This document shows, piece after piece, positions 28,438-38,805 of a DNA stretch of 64,000 nucleotides (position 1 is its first letter; each line of letters starts with the position of its first letter). The stretch is from positions 128,001 to 192,000 of the forward strand of contig JBCCHT010000019.1 of NCBI GenBank assembly GCA_039028615.1, in the 5' to 3' direction. A program made the position numbers and the translations under genes. This stretch comes from Myxococcota bacterium. GTDB lineage: Bacteria > Myxococcota_A > Polyangia > Nannocystales > Nannocystaceae. Below the pieces are notes generated by a model that did no database searches, was not told the origin of the DNA, and was given only the letters and a program-made list of their open reading frames with translations.

Positions 28438-29577
28438 TCAACCGGGGTGGAGCAGGCCTTCGCCCATGTGGACGAGGTCTTCGAGGGTCGACGGCGGAGG
28501 GTCACGGCGTTCGACGACGGCGACGGGAACCTGCGGGTAGCGCTGCCGCAGGTGCTCGAGGATCCGTTGGCCACGGTCGGCTTGTCGGCGGGCGCCGTCG
28601 TAGGCCGACCGCAGAGCACCCATGGCCGCGTCGGCTTCGGCCTCTCCCACGTGGGCGACCACCGTGGGTCGCACCTGCGCGTCGACGGGAGCCTCGGGCA
28701 AGGTGGGCAGCACGCGATTGAGCACGATGCCGTCGACGTTGAGCCCTCGCTCGGCGATGACATCGATGAAGCCCTCGGCCTCGCGCGCGGAGAAGTCGGT
28801 GGCCGCGGTCGCGAACACGGCCCCGGTCTCCTTGGAGCGCATCAGCGTGGCCACATCGCCCGCCCGACGACGGAACTCGCCGAGCACGGCGGAGAACTCC
28901 TTGAGGAAGGCCCCCAGCTCGCCGATGAAGGAGCCGCCGCCCATCGACTCGAGGGTCTTGAGCAGCACGCCGCCGCCCAGCCCCATGAGCTTGAGGCCGA
29001 GGCGTCCGGTCCCGGCGAGGAAGCGCCCGGCCGGGTTGTTGATGAGCTCCTCGATCCGGGAGGGCGCGTCGATGAAGTCGAGCGCGTTGGCGGTGGGCGG
29101 GGTATCGAGCACGATGAGGTCGTAGCGCCCCTCGGCGTGCAGCATGTGGACGCGGGCGGTGGCCGCAAACTCGAGCGCCCCACCCAGGTGCTGCACCGTC
29201 GCCTGGTAGATGGGGTTGGCGAGCATGCGCGCGGCGGCGGCGGTGTCCTTGGAGTAGGCCCGTACGATCTCGTCGAACACGCGCTGGGTGTCGAGCATCA
29301 GGCAATCGAGCGAGATGCCCCCGGGCGCCTGCACGGGCACGATGCTCCCCGCGGCGCTGCCTTGGGCCGGATCGAGCCCCAGCGCCTGCGCCAGGCGGCG
29401 GGACGGATCGATGGTCAACACGAGCACCCGTCGGCCCCCCGATGCAGCGGCCAGACCGAGCGCCGCCGCCACCGTGGTCTTCCCCACGCCGCCCGGTCCC
29501 ATGCACAGCAGGACCCTGCGCTGGGGGGAGATCTGGAGCCGATGCCCGGCGTTGCTCACAGCCGCGGCTTTTACCAC
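28438..29577 (-). CDS. ArsA/Get3-like anion-transporting-type ATPase (subunit B-like)
   Basis: CMGPGGVGKTT, LTIDPSRRLAQALG, DLIVLDTPPTANALDF, IVLNRV. Confidence 0.9.
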   Translation of the reverse strand: MVKAAAVSNAGHRLQISPQRRVLLCMGPGGVGKTTVAAALGLAAASGGRRVLVLTIDPSRRLAQALGLDPAQGSAAGSIVPVQAPGGISLDCLMLDTQRVFDEIVRAYSKDTAAAARMLANPIYQATVQHLGGALEFAATARVHMLHAEGRYDLIVLDTPPTANALDFIDAPSRIEELINNPAGRFLAGTGRLGLKLMGLGGGVLLKTLESMGGGSFIGELGAFLKEFSAVLGEFRRRAGDVATLMRSKETGAVFATAATDFSAREAEGFIDVIAERGLNVDGIVLNRVLPTLPEAPVDAQVRPTVVAHVGEAEADAAMGALRSAYDGARRQADRGQRILEHLRQRYPQVPVAVVERRDPPPSTLEDLVHMGEGLLHPG

Positions 29578-29617
29578 GAGTCCCGCCCCGGCGAGGGCTC
29601 TGGTACGCTCCGCCGCA

Positions 29618-30160
29618 GTGGGGCGCGCACAGCGTTACGAAGTCGTCGTCGAGGGTCATCCCCATGCGGTCAGCGTGGAGCTGGACAGTGCGGGTCAGCC
29701 CGTGCGGGTGCAGGTCGGTGACACGAGCTGCGCAGTCGCGCTCGGAGCCGACGACGCGATCGTGGTCCGCCCCGACACGGGCGACAGCGCACAGCACGTG
29801 GTGCACTTGAGCCCCGGGGGCCGACCGACGCAAGCGATCGTCTCGGGCGACCTGCTCGGGCTCGAGGTCCGCAGCGCCCAAGAAGCCGCCCTCGAGGCTG
29901 CGCTCGCGGCCGCGGGCGGAGGCGCGGGCGGAGGCTCCATCGAGGCGCCCATGCCCGGACGCGTGGTCCGAATCCTGGTCACCGAAGGTCAGGAGATCGA
30001 CGCCAACGCGCCGCTGCTGATCGTCGAGGCCATGAAGATGGAAAACGAGGTCCGCAGTCCCATCGCGGGCATCGTTCGCACCATCGCCGTCGAAGAAGGC
30101 CAGGCCGTGGACGCCGGCCAGCTGCTGTGCGAGCTGAGTCAGCCCGAGGCTTCGAGCTGA
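29618..30160 (+). CDS. Biotin carboxyl carrier protein (biotin-attachment domain)
   Basis: APMPGRVV...LLIVEAMKMENEVRSP; start (GTG) approximate. Confidence 0.88.
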   Translation: MGRAQRYEVVVEGHPHAVSVELDSAGQPVRVQVGDTSCAVALGADDAIVVRPDTGDSAQHVVHLSPGGRPTQAIVSGDLLGLEVRSAQEAALEAALAAAGGGAGGGSIEAPMPGRVVRILVTEGQEIDANAPLLIVEAMKMENEVRSPIAGIVRTIAVEEGQAVDAGQLLCELSQPEASS

Positions 30161-31107
30161 GCCAGTAGCTGCTCCAGCGCGGGACGGTCGCACACGCCGT
30201 CCCAGCACCAGGGCATGGTCAGCAACGATCCCGCCGCGCCTTGGCGCGCCGCGTCTTCGTCGACCCACTGCTGCACCACCTCGCGATGACGACGGCTGGT
30301 GCGTGCGATGGAAGAGGTCGTGGAGAGCATGCCGGCTACCGCTGCACCGCCCGCGGAGTCGGCCGCGGGTGCGGACAGCTCGGGTACATCGGGCGGCCAC
30401 ATGCCGTTGACCACGATGGTCTCGATCGCGATGTTCCGGTCGCGGCGCAGCGCCGCCCCCAGCTCGCCCAGCTCGGTCAGCGGCCAGCGCTCGGGCAAGC
30501 CGACCAGCACCGCTTCGGTGGCCTGCGGATCGGTGAGCGTCTCGATCATCAGCCGCGCCTCGCTGGGCAGGGGCCCGGCCGGGATGGCATCGATGATCGC
30601 CTGCGGCACGCCGACGGTGTAGAGCAGGTGCCCGGTCGCGGGCCCGTCGAAGATCACGGTGTCGAAGGCATCGCCGCGGGCGGCCTCGTGCCACGCCTTG
30701 CCGAACACGGCGAAGTCGTCGAGCCCGGGGATCGCCTGAAGCAGACGACGCACGATGCGATTGTCGAAGACGGCGGCCGACACGCGCTCACTGCGCACGA
30801 TCATCGCCCCGTACTCGCGTAAACACACACGAGGCACGAGCCGCTGGATGTGCAGCCCGCCGCCGACGGCGTGGACCGTGTCGGGCAACGACGGTGCACC
30901 GAGCATCCAGCCCAAGCGGTCGTCGTGCCCGGTGGTCGCGACCAACACTCGACGCCCGCGAGCGGCGAGGGCCAACCCCAGCAAAGCGGCCACCGTGGTC
31001 CGACCCACGCCCCCCTTGCCGCTGACCACGATCAGGCGACGCGTCGCGAGACGGTCGAAGGTCGCGGCGGGTGAGGCCGCCCCGACGGCCCGGCCAGGCG
31101 TGGACAT
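30139..31107 (-). CDS. ArsA/Get3-like ATPase (subunit A-like)
   Basis: VSGKGGVGRTT, IPGLDD, IFDGPATGH, LPERWPLTE, IVVN. Confidence 0.88.
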   Translation of the reverse strand: MSTPGRAVGAASPAATFDRLATRRLIVVSGKGGVGRTTVAALLGLALAARGRRVLVATTGHDDRLGWMLGAPSLPDTVHAVGGGLHIQRLVPRVCLREYGAMIVRSERVSAAVFDNRIVRRLLQAIPGLDDFAVFGKAWHEAARGDAFDTVIFDGPATGHLLYTVGVPQAIIDAIPAGPLPSEARLMIETLTDPQATEAVLVGLPERWPLTELGELGAALRRDRNIAIETIVVNGMWPPDVPELSAPAADSAGGAAVAGMLSTTSSIARTSRRHREVVQQWVDEDAARQGAAGSLLTMPWCWDGVCDRPALEQLLAQLEASG

Positions 31108-31242
31108 GGGCGGGAGCCTGGCATAGGCGCGCGTTCACGCCAACCGCCGAGACGACGGACCGCGCACAAAGCGCGGCACGCGAAGGCTCGGGGCCCCTTG
31201 CGGCAGGAGCCCGGGCGATACACAAATCACTCCGGCGACGTC

Positions 31243-32013
31243 GTGGCGATCCATATCCATAGCAAGAGCGAGCTCGAGAAGATGCGTGCATCCGGGCGTC
31301 TGGCGGCCCGGGTCCTCGACTTCATCGAGCCCTATGTCAAACCGGGGGTCACCACCGACGAGCTCGATCGCCGCTGCGCCGACTTCACGCGCGAGCACGA
31401 TGCGATCTCCGCCCCGCTGAACTACAAGGGCTTCCCCAAGTCGATCTGCACCTCGATCAACGAGGTCGTGTGTCACGGGATCCCCAGCTCGCGGACCCTC
31501 CAAGAGGGCGACATCATCAACATCGACATCACCACCATCCTCGATGGCTTCCACGGGGATACGTCGGAGATGTTCGAGGTCGGTGAGGTGAGCGACAAGG
31601 CCAAGAAGCTCATCGACACCGCGCGCCGCTCGATGTGGCTGGGCATCAAAGAGGTCGCGGCCGGCAAGCGCGTCGGCGACATCGGGGCCGCCATCCAGGC
31701 CTTCGCCCGCGACGAGCGAGGCTACGGCGTGGTCGAGGCGTTTTGTGGGCACGGCATCGGCCGGGTCTTCCACACCGCCCCGCAGATCGCCCACACCGGT
31801 CGCCGGGGCACGGGCAAGCGCATGAAGGCCGGCATGACCTTCACCATCGAGCCCATGATCAACGAAGGCACGCACGAGTGCCGCGTCCTCGAAGACGGCT
31901 GGACCGCCGTCACCCGCGACGGGGGCCTGTCCGCGCAGACCGAGCACACCATCGCCGTCACCGACAACGGCTACGAAGTGCTCACCATGCGTGACAACGC
32001 CTTCTCCCTGTAG
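31243..32013 (+). CDS. map: Type I methionine aminopeptidase
   Basis: FPKSICTSINEVVCHGIP, DIT...GFHGDTS, CGHGIG..FH, FTIEPMIN, SAQTEHT. Confidence 0.97.
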   Translation: MAIHIHSKSELEKMRASGRLAARVLDFIEPYVKPGVTTDELDRRCADFTREHDAISAPLNYKGFPKSICTSINEVVCHGIPSSRTLQEGDIINIDITTILDGFHGDTSEMFEVGEVSDKAKKLIDTARRSMWLGIKEVAAGKRVGDIGAAIQAFARDERGYGVVEAFCGHGIGRVFHTAPQIAHTGRRGTGKRMKAGMTFTIEPMINEGTHECRVLEDGWTAVTRDGGLSAQTEHTIAVTDNGYEVLTMRDNAFSL

Positions 32014-32073
32014 CCCCTGCGGCGGGTGCCGCGACCCGTGGTGCGCCCCACCCCGACTGGGTAGGATTTGCGC

Positions 32074-34071
32074 ATGGTCACCCTGCGCAGCTCCTGCCCG
32101 CTCGACTGCCCGGATGCATGCAGCCTGAAGGTCACCGTCGACGGGGGCCGCGTGCTCCGTCTCGATGGCGACGAGCGCAACCCGCTGACCCAGGGCTTCA
32201 TCTGCGCCAAGGTGCGCAACTACGCCGCCCACGTCTCGTGCCCGGAGCGCTTGCACTCCCCGCTGGTCCGCACCGGGGCCAAGGGCGCGGGTGAGTTTCG
32301 CGAGGCGAGCTGGGACGAAGCCCTCGACCGCATCGCAGACGCGATGCGGCAGGCCCGAGACACGCACGGCGGCGAGTCGATCCTCCCGGTCTGCTACGGC
32401 GGCAGCAACGGCCTGCTCACCCAAGACGCGACCGATGCCCGGCTCTTCCATCGCCTGGGCGCGAGCAACCTGGCCAAGACCGTCTGCGCGGCGCCCTCGA
32501 GCGCGGCCTATGCCGGCCTGTACTCGCGCATGCCGGGCGTGGCCCTGACCGCCTATCGACACGCGAAGCTGATCGTCCTGTGGGGGGTCAACCCGTCGGC
32601 CACGGGCATTCACCTCGTGCCCATCGTGCGCAAGGCCCAAGCGGCGGGGGCCAAGCTGGTGGTCGTCGACCCGCGCCAGACTCCGCTGGCCAAGCAGGCG
32701 GACCTGCACCTCGCCGTCCGTCCCGGCACCGATCTCGTGGTCGCGCTGGGCGTCATCGACTGGCTGTTCACCCACGGCCACGCCGACGAACAGGGGCTGG
32801 CCATGCACGCGCGCGGGGTGGAGACGCTGCGCAAGCGAGCGGCGGCGTGGCCCCTGGCCAAAGCCGCGGTAGAGGCCGGCGTCGAGCTCCCGCGGCTCGA
32901 GCGCTTCGCGAAGATGTACGCCGAGACTCGCCCGGCCGTCATTCGCTGCGGCTGGGGACCCGAGCGTAATCGCAACGGCGGCTCGGCGACGGCGGCCATC
33001 ATCGCGTTGCCCGCGGTGGCCGGTCACTTCGGCGTGCTGGGCGGAGGCTTCACCACGAGCAACTCGTCGACGATCCAACTCGACGGAGACCTGGCCGCAG
33101 CCGCGCCCGCGCCCAAGACCCGCACCATCAACCTCAACCAGGTGGGCCGGGCCTTGCTCGAGGCCCAGCCTCCGATCAAGGTCGCGTTCTCGTACAACTG
33201 CAACCCGCTGGCCACGCTGCCCGACCAAGAGCGCATGCGTCGGGGCCTGCTCCGCGACGACCTGTTCACCGTCGTGTTCGATCAGGTCATGACCGACACC
33301 GCCCTGTATGCCGACGTGGTGTTGCCCGCGACCACCTTCCTCGAGCACCACGAGCTCGCGCGCTCCTACGGGGCGATGGTCGTGCACCGCAGCGCGCCCG
33401 TGCTGGAACCGCAGGGTCAGGCGCGGCCGAACTGGCAGGTGTTCGAGGCGCTGTGCGACCGGCTCGATCTCAGCCGCCCCGACGATCCCCGCGGACCCGA
33501 GGCGATGGCCGCTGCGATCATGAACGGCAGCCCCGATGGCCCCGCGGTGGCGGGTGCCCTCGACCGCGACGGTGTGGTCACCCCGCCGGTCGGACCCGAG
33601 CCGATTCAGCTCGGTAATGTGTGGCCCCGAACCCCCGATCGCAAGATCGACCTGTGCCCGGCCGCGCTCGATGCCGAAGCCCCCGCCGGTCTGTATGCCT
33701 ACCAAGGCGATCCCGCGACCTCGCAGTACCCCCTGGCCCTCATCTCCCCCGCCGTGCGCCAGACGGTGAGCTCGACCTTCGCTCAGCTCCTGCGCGACCC
33801 GGCAACCTTGTTGCTGCACCCGCAAGACGCGTCCGCTCGCGGAATCGCGGACGGGGACGATGTTCGGGTGTTCAACCCGCTGGGCGAGGTCCACTGCCGT
33901 GCCCGCTCCAGCACCGATCTGCGACCCGGCGTGGCGATGCTGCCCAAGGGGCTGTGGGCTCGCCACACGCATAACGGCGCGACCGCCAACGCGCTCGCCC
34001 CCGACACCCTGGCCGACCTCGGCGGAGGCGCCACGTTCAACGACGCCCGGGTGCAAGTCGCCCGAGCCTGA
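32074..34071 (+). CDS. Molybdopterin-dependent oxidoreductase
   Basis: CPLDCPDAC...C Fe-S motif, SWDEALD, LWGVNP, DPRQT, RPGTD, ADVVLPATT, C-terminal LHPQDA..RGI..GD. Confidence 0.92.
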   Translation: MVTLRSSCPLDCPDACSLKVTVDGGRVLRLDGDERNPLTQGFICAKVRNYAAHVSCPERLHSPLVRTGAKGAGEFREASWDEALDRIADAMRQARDTHGGESILPVCYGGSNGLLTQDATDARLFHRLGASNLAKTVCAAPSSAAYAGLYSRMPGVALTAYRHAKLIVLWGVNPSATGIHLVPIVRKAQAAGAKLVVVDPRQTPLAKQADLHLAVRPGTDLVVALGVIDWLFTHGHADEQGLAMHARGVETLRKRAAAWPLAKAAVEAGVELPRLERFAKMYAETRPAVIRCGWGPERNRNGGSATAAIIALPAVAGHFGVLGGGFTTSNSSTIQLDGDLAAAAPAPKTRTINLNQVGRALLEAQPPIKVAFSYNCNPLATLPDQERMRRGLLRDDLFTVVFDQVMTDTALYADVVLPATTFLEHHELARSYGAMVVHRSAPVLEPQGQARPNWQVFEALCDRLDLSRPDDPRGPEAMAAAIMNGSPDGPAVAGALDRDGVVTPPVGPEPIQLGNVWPRTPDRKIDLCPAALDAEAPAGLYAYQGDPATSQYPLALISPAVRQTVSSTFAQLLRDPATLLLHPQDASARGIADGDDVRVFNPLGEVHCRARSSTDLRPGVAMLPKGLWARHTHNGATANALAPDTLADLGGGATFNDARVQVARA

Positions 34072-34181
34072 CGCCGCATGGTCGGTTTCGGACATCGCGC
34101 AGCCGCGGCGCCCCATTGTGGTCGGCGCCCGCAGACCGACGAGCCATTCGCGAGCGTTGTCGCTATCATGGTGCGTCTCGC

Positions 34182-36923
34182 ATGAGCACCGATCCCCCCA
34201 ACGACTCCGAGCCCGAGTCCGAGTCCTCGGGCGCCGACCAACCCGCCGATCTGCTGCGGGTCGAAGGGTTGGTGCCGCTCCCGGTCGCGGCCGCCGTGGA
34301 CGGGGGCTCCGAGGACGAAGACGAGGACGAGTACTCGGGCGGCTACGGGGTCGAGGCGCTGCCGCGAGGCACTCAGCTCGGCCGCTACGTGCTGCTGGGT
34401 CGCGTTGCCGGGCGCGAAGGCGCGGTGGTCTACGGGGCCTACGATCCCGAAGAAGACCGCAAGGTCCTGCTCAAGCTCTTCGACCCGGGGGGTGACGACG
34501 ACGACGAGGACGCGGCCCAGGCGGTGCGGCTCGAGCTCGCCCGCCAAGCGCAAGGCGTCGCCAAGGTCTCGCACCCCTGCGTCGAGCAGATCCACGAGGT
34601 CGGCGTCTACGACCACTGGGTCTTCCTCGCCACCGAGTTCGTCGACGGCCTCAACGTACGCCAATGGATGGAGGTCCGCGACGACCCCTTCCCCTGGCCC
34701 GAGGTGCTGCGAGTGTTCCGCGAGGCGGGCCGAGGCCTCGCCGCGGCACACAAGCAACGCATCGTGCACCGCGACTTCCGTCCCTCCAACGTCCTCATGG
34801 GCAAGGAGGGCCGCCTCGTCGTCATCGACTTCGGTCTCGCGCCCGAGGTCGAAGAAGAAGACGACGACATCGAGGTCTCCGCGCTGCGCGAGTCGCTGTC
34901 CGGGGCCGCGCTCGAGGACACCCAGCCCGGCCCGGCCGGCATGGCGGGCACCCCCGCCTATATGGCGCCCGAGCAGCACCTCACCGGGCAGGCCGACGCT
35001 CGCTCCGACCAGTTCAGCTTCTGCGTCGCGATGTACGAAGCGCTCTACGGCGAGCGTCCGTTCTCCGGCAACCGCCCTCGCGCCATCGCGCTCGAGGCGG
35101 CCAAGCACAAGGTGCGGCCCGCTCCGCCCGACTCCAACGTCCCCGCCTGGCTGCGCGCCATCGTGATTCGCGGCCTGAGCCCGCGCCCCAAAGATCGATT
35201 CCCCACCATGGAGGCGCTGCTGCGCGAGCTGGCGCGAGACCCCTCGGCCCGGCGTCGCCGCTGGCTGTGGGGCGCCGCGGGAGCGGCCGGCATGATGGGC
35301 GTCATCGGCCTCACCGCGTGGGCCTTCGAGGCCGACCAAAACGCCTGCGACGACACCAGCAGCGCCCTGGCCGAGGTGTGGACCATCGAGCGACGCGAGG
35401 CGCTGGGCGAGGTGTTCACCGCCACCGAGCGGCAGTGGGCCGAGCCGACCTGGCGCTACACCGAGTCCAAGCTCGACGCGTGGTCGAGCGTATGGGCCGA
35501 CTATAGCCGCTTGGCCTGCCAGGCCACCCGGGTGTGGGGCGACGCGGCCGAGAAGACCTACGAGCTGCGGGTCGCCTGCCTCGACCGTCACCTCACCGAG
35601 TTCGATGCCACCCTCGAGGCACTCGCCGAGGTCGACGGACCCATGCTCGACCGCGCCCATGCGCTGGCCCAGCGCCTGCCCGATCCGCGGCGATGTACCG
35701 ACACCAGCGCGCTGTTCGTGCTCGGTCAGCCCCCCGAGGACAGCCGCGAGCAGATCGACGGCCTGCATCGCCAGATGGCCGGGCTCGAGGCGCGCTTGGT
35801 CCTCGGCCAGGCCGGCGCGGTGTCGCACGAGATCGGCGGCCTTCTACCCGAGGCCGACGCCACCGAAAACGACGCCCTCATCGCACGCGGACACTTGCTG
35901 CGGGGGCGAGCCGAGCTGGCCAAGGGCAACCCCGAAGCCGAGGCCCTGCTGCACGGCGCGGCCCAAGAGGCCCTGCGTGCGGGCGACACCAGCCTCGCCG
36001 CCATCGCGTGGCGCGGTCGCGTGGATGCCTTGTTGCAGCGAGACCGGGCGGCCGAAGCAGGCGCGCTGGTCGACTACATCGACGCAGTGATGGCCAACAA
36101 GCGCTTCGAGTGGCTGCGCCCCGATCTCGCCATCGCGCGTGGTCGCGCCGAACTGGCCCAGGGCCGCTCCGCGGAGGCGCTCGGTCACTTCTACGCCGCC
36201 ATCGAACTCGAAGAGGGCCGCAACGACGCCGATCCCTTGCGGCTATTGCCGGCGTGGCTCGGCCAGGCCGAGGTGCTCGACGCCCACGAGGACACCCAAG
36301 AGGCCATCGCGCCCATCAAGACCGCGCTCGACGTCACCCGCAACACGCTCGGGCCCCAGCACCCCGCCGCGGTCGAGCTCCTGCAGCGCCTCGGGCAGCT
36401 CCAGCAACGCGAGGGGCTGCTCACCGACGCCCGGCCGAACCTCGAGCAAGCGCTCGAGATCACCCGCATGGCCGGCAACGGCGATCCGGGGCGCATCGCC
36501 GAGCTCGAGACCTCGCTCGGCCGAATCCTGCAGACCGAAGGCGACGTCGCTTCGGCTGCGATCCACTTCGAGCGCGCCTACGAGCTGGTGCAGGGCAAGA
36601 CCCCGACCGGGGCCTCGTTCCGTGCCGGGCTCCGCGTCGCCCGGGCTCGCCTCGAGCTGCGACGCAAAGCCGAGGCCCGCACCCTGCTCGCGCAACTGCT
36701 CACGACCTACCCGCCCGGTGCTCCCATCGGACGCGACGGCCCCACCTCCTTCGAGCTCGCCCAGGCCGAGCTGCTGCTGGCCACCCTGGTGTGGGACGAC
36801 GGCGAAGCCGAGCGCGCCCGCGAGCTGGCCACCCGCAGCATCGCGCGCCCCGGTGAGAGCCTCGAGCAGGGGATCCATCGCGACGAAGCGCAGCGCTGGC
36901 TCGAAGAACACCCTGCCCCATGA
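34182..36923 (+). CDS. Ser/Thr protein kinase with TM segment and C-terminal TPR region
   Basis: LGRY, VLLK, HRDFRPSN, DFGLA, GTPAYMAPE, DQFSFC; TM; TPR helices (LGPQHP). Confidence 0.9.
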   Translation: MSTDPPNDSEPESESSGADQPADLLRVEGLVPLPVAAAVDGGSEDEDEDEYSGGYGVEALPRGTQLGRYVLLGRVAGREGAVVYGAYDPEEDRKVLLKLFDPGGDDDDEDAAQAVRLELARQAQGVAKVSHPCVEQIHEVGVYDHWVFLATEFVDGLNVRQWMEVRDDPFPWPEVLRVFREAGRGLAAAHKQRIVHRDFRPSNVLMGKEGRLVVIDFGLAPEVEEEDDDIEVSALRESLSGAALEDTQPGPAGMAGTPAYMAPEQHLTGQADARSDQFSFCVAMYEALYGERPFSGNRPRAIALEAAKHKVRPAPPDSNVPAWLRAIVIRGLSPRPKDRFPTMEALLRELARDPSARRRRWLWGAAGAAGMMGVIGLTAWAFEADQNACDDTSSALAEVWTIERREALGEVFTATERQWAEPTWRYTESKLDAWSSVWADYSRLACQATRVWGDAAEKTYELRVACLDRHLTEFDATLEALAEVDGPMLDRAHALAQRLPDPRRCTDTSALFVLGQPPEDSREQIDGLHRQMAGLEARLVLGQAGAVSHEIGGLLPEADATENDALIARGHLLRGRAELAKGNPEAEALLHGAAQEALRAGDTSLAAIAWRGRVDALLQRDRAAEAGALVDYIDAVMANKRFEWLRPDLAIARGRAELAQGRSAEALGHFYAAIELEEGRNDADPLRLLPAWLGQAEVLDAHEDTQEAIAPIKTALDVTRNTLGPQHPAAVELLQRLGQLQQREGLLTDARPNLEQALEITRMAGNGDPGRIAELETSLGRILQTEGDVASAAIHFERAYELVQGKTPTGASFRAGLRVARARLELRRKAEARTLLAQLLTTYPPGAPIGRDGPTSFELAQAELLLATLVWDDGEAERARELATRSIARPGESLEQGIHRDEAQRWLEEHPAP

Positions 36924-38089
36924 CCTCGTCTCGTCGCTGCCTCGCCACGCCCGGCTTGCTCGTCGCGCTCGGCCTGAGCCTCGCATGTGAACCTCCCGGC
37001 GCCACCGCGCCCAGTCGCGTGCCCGTGCGGCCCGACGCGGTGCTCAACGTGCCCTATCCCGTCAGCGAGCCCGAGCGCATCGAAGGGGCCGGACGCAAGA
37101 CCCTCTCCGAGGCGCAGTTCGTGTTCATCAGCCTGGGCGCGCCGCCCGACGAGCGCGACCACGCCCTGCCCGAGCGCGTGGCCTCCGAGGGGCCCATGCT
37201 GCTCGCCCATCACTTCGGCCCCGTGGGCACGCACGCCACGGCCTGGCAGGAGCTTCGCCGGCTGGCCTTCGGTCGCGGCATCCCGCCGCGCGGCCAGGCG
37301 CAGCCCGTTCCCGCCGAAGAGGTCGAAGCACTCGGGTTGCAGGCGCCCGCGTCGAGCGTGTGGCTCGTCGGTCCCGACGGCAGCTGCCGCGCCGAAGTCG
37401 GGGAGCCGCTGGTCGGCGTCTACGACGGCCCCGAGGACACCGTCGCCGTGGGCTACCGCCTCGAGGGATGCTCCGGCCGACGGTGGGCCCAGGTCGGCAT
37501 CATCTCCGATGGCATCCCCGTCGACTTTCGCTGGGTCCCCGCCGAGCTGTCCTCCGAGCAGATCCTCGCCTACGGCAGCGAGTGGGACGACCCGCTCCCT
37601 ACCCTCGTCGACCCGCCCGCGTGGTCGCACGCGATGACGCCGGGCTTCGACCAAGTCCGCGTGCACGAGATCCCCGACGTCTCGCCGCGCGTGCTGCAGC
37701 TGCACCGCGCCTGGACCTCCGAGCATCCCGATCGCACGGAGCGAGCATGGTGCGAGATCGAGGCCGCGTGGAGCCACACCGAAGGCTGGTACAACGGCCG
37801 ATGGATCGATCCCGTGCCCTGGGTCCCCGACGCCACCGACCCCTTCCTGCTCGGCGCGTTCGTCAACGGCGAGCAAGTCGACGCCGTGCTCTATGACGAT
37901 CGCTTCGACGGCCTGGTCGTCGTGCCGCCGGGGCCGCTCGACGACATGAACGACGCGAGCGCATGGACCCAAGTGTTCGTGCCCACCGGGCACTATCACG
38001 ACGACGAGCTCACCCGTTGGGGCGTGGAGCCGGCTCGCGGGGCTCTGCCGCTGGGTCCGCGATGCGAAACCGACGGCGACTCGCCATGA
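36920..38089 (+). CDS. Hypothetical lipoprotein
   Basis: Lipobox SLAC; ATGA overlaps at both ends. Confidence 0.75.
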   Translation: MTSSRRCLATPGLLVALGLSLACEPPGATAPSRVPVRPDAVLNVPYPVSEPERIEGAGRKTLSEAQFVFISLGAPPDERDHALPERVASEGPMLLAHHFGPVGTHATAWQELRRLAFGRGIPPRGQAQPVPAEEVEALGLQAPASSVWLVGPDGSCRAEVGEPLVGVYDGPEDTVAVGYRLEGCSGRRWAQVGIISDGIPVDFRWVPAELSSEQILAYGSEWDDPLPTLVDPPAWSHAMTPGFDQVRVHEIPDVSPRVLQLHRAWTSEHPDRTERAWCEIEAAWSHTEGWYNGRWIDPVPWVPDATDPFLLGAFVNGEQVDAVLYDDRFDGLVVVPPGPLDDMNDASAWTQVFVPTGHYHDDELTRWGVEPARGALPLGPRCETDGDSP

Positions 38090-38805
38090 GTTCGGTCGTG
38101 GTGAGGCCAGCCGCTGCGCCCCGCTGGGGCCGTCGACGGCTGCTGTGGTCGCTCGTCGCGATGGCCGGCTGCGCGAGCGCCAAGGGCCCGCCGAAGGCCC
38201 CCGACGGCGCGGCCGAGGTCGTGCTCTCGATGCAGGGCATCGACTGCCAGAGCTGCGGACAGACGGCGGTCGAGGCCCTCACCGCCACCCCCGGGGTCTA
38301 TGTCGCCTCGTTCGAGCGCGACGCGGTCGAGCTTCACGTCGCCTACGATGCCGCCCAGGTCGACCCGCCGCAGCTGCTGGCGGTCGTGCACGGGCTCGGC
38401 TACCGGGCAATACGAGGGCCGGGCCAGGGCGCCTACACCTCGGAGGTCGTCTTCGCCCCCGGGCTCGACGTCCAGCAGATTTCCACCGACGGCGAGCTGG
38501 TCGACCTCGAGGCCTTCCTCGTCCCCGGCAAGGTCACCGTCTTCGACTATCACGCCGTGTGGTGCGGGCCCTGCAAAGAGGTCGACCGCCACATGCTGGC
38601 CCTGCTCGAGCGCAACGACGACATCGCCCTGCGCAAGCTCGACGTCGTCGACTGGAGCAGCGCGCTCGCGACCAAGCACCTCGGGAAGGTGGCCACCCTG
38701 CCCTACCTCATCGTGCACGGCCGCAGCGGCAAGCCCATCGCCCAGATCGCCGGCCTCGACCTGGTCGCCCTCGACCGCGCCATCGAGCGAGGCCGTCGTC
38801 GATGA
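38086..38805 (+). CDS. Lipoprotein with heavy-metal-associated (HMA) domain fused to a thioredoxin domain
   Basis: Lipobox MAGC; GIDCQSC (HMA); DYHAVWCGPCK (Trx); LPY cis-Pro motif. Confidence 0.85.
   Translation: MSSVVVRPAAAPRWGRRRLLWSLVAMAGCASAKGPPKAPDGAAEVVLSMQGIDCQSCGQTAVEALTATPGVYVASFERDAVELHVAYDAAQVDPPQLLAVVHGLGYRAIRGPGQGAYTSEVVFAPGLDVQQISTDGELVDLEAFLVPGKVTVFDYHAVWCGPCKEVDRHMLALLERNDDIALRKLDVVDWSSALATKHLGKVATLPYLIVHGRSGKPIAQIAGLDLVALDRAIERGRRR

Noticed and set aside
28438..31107. Arsenic resistance operon
   Set aside because: No arsR/B/C/D genes; the paired single-domain ATPases fit the Get3/BagAB-like group.
31135..34116. 993-aa minus-strand ORF and similar long antisense ORFs (e.g. 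6793-8787, 10818-12728, 28502-30694, 33783-35828)
   Set aside because: Shadow ORFs of well-supported genes, expected in high-GC DNA; no motifs.
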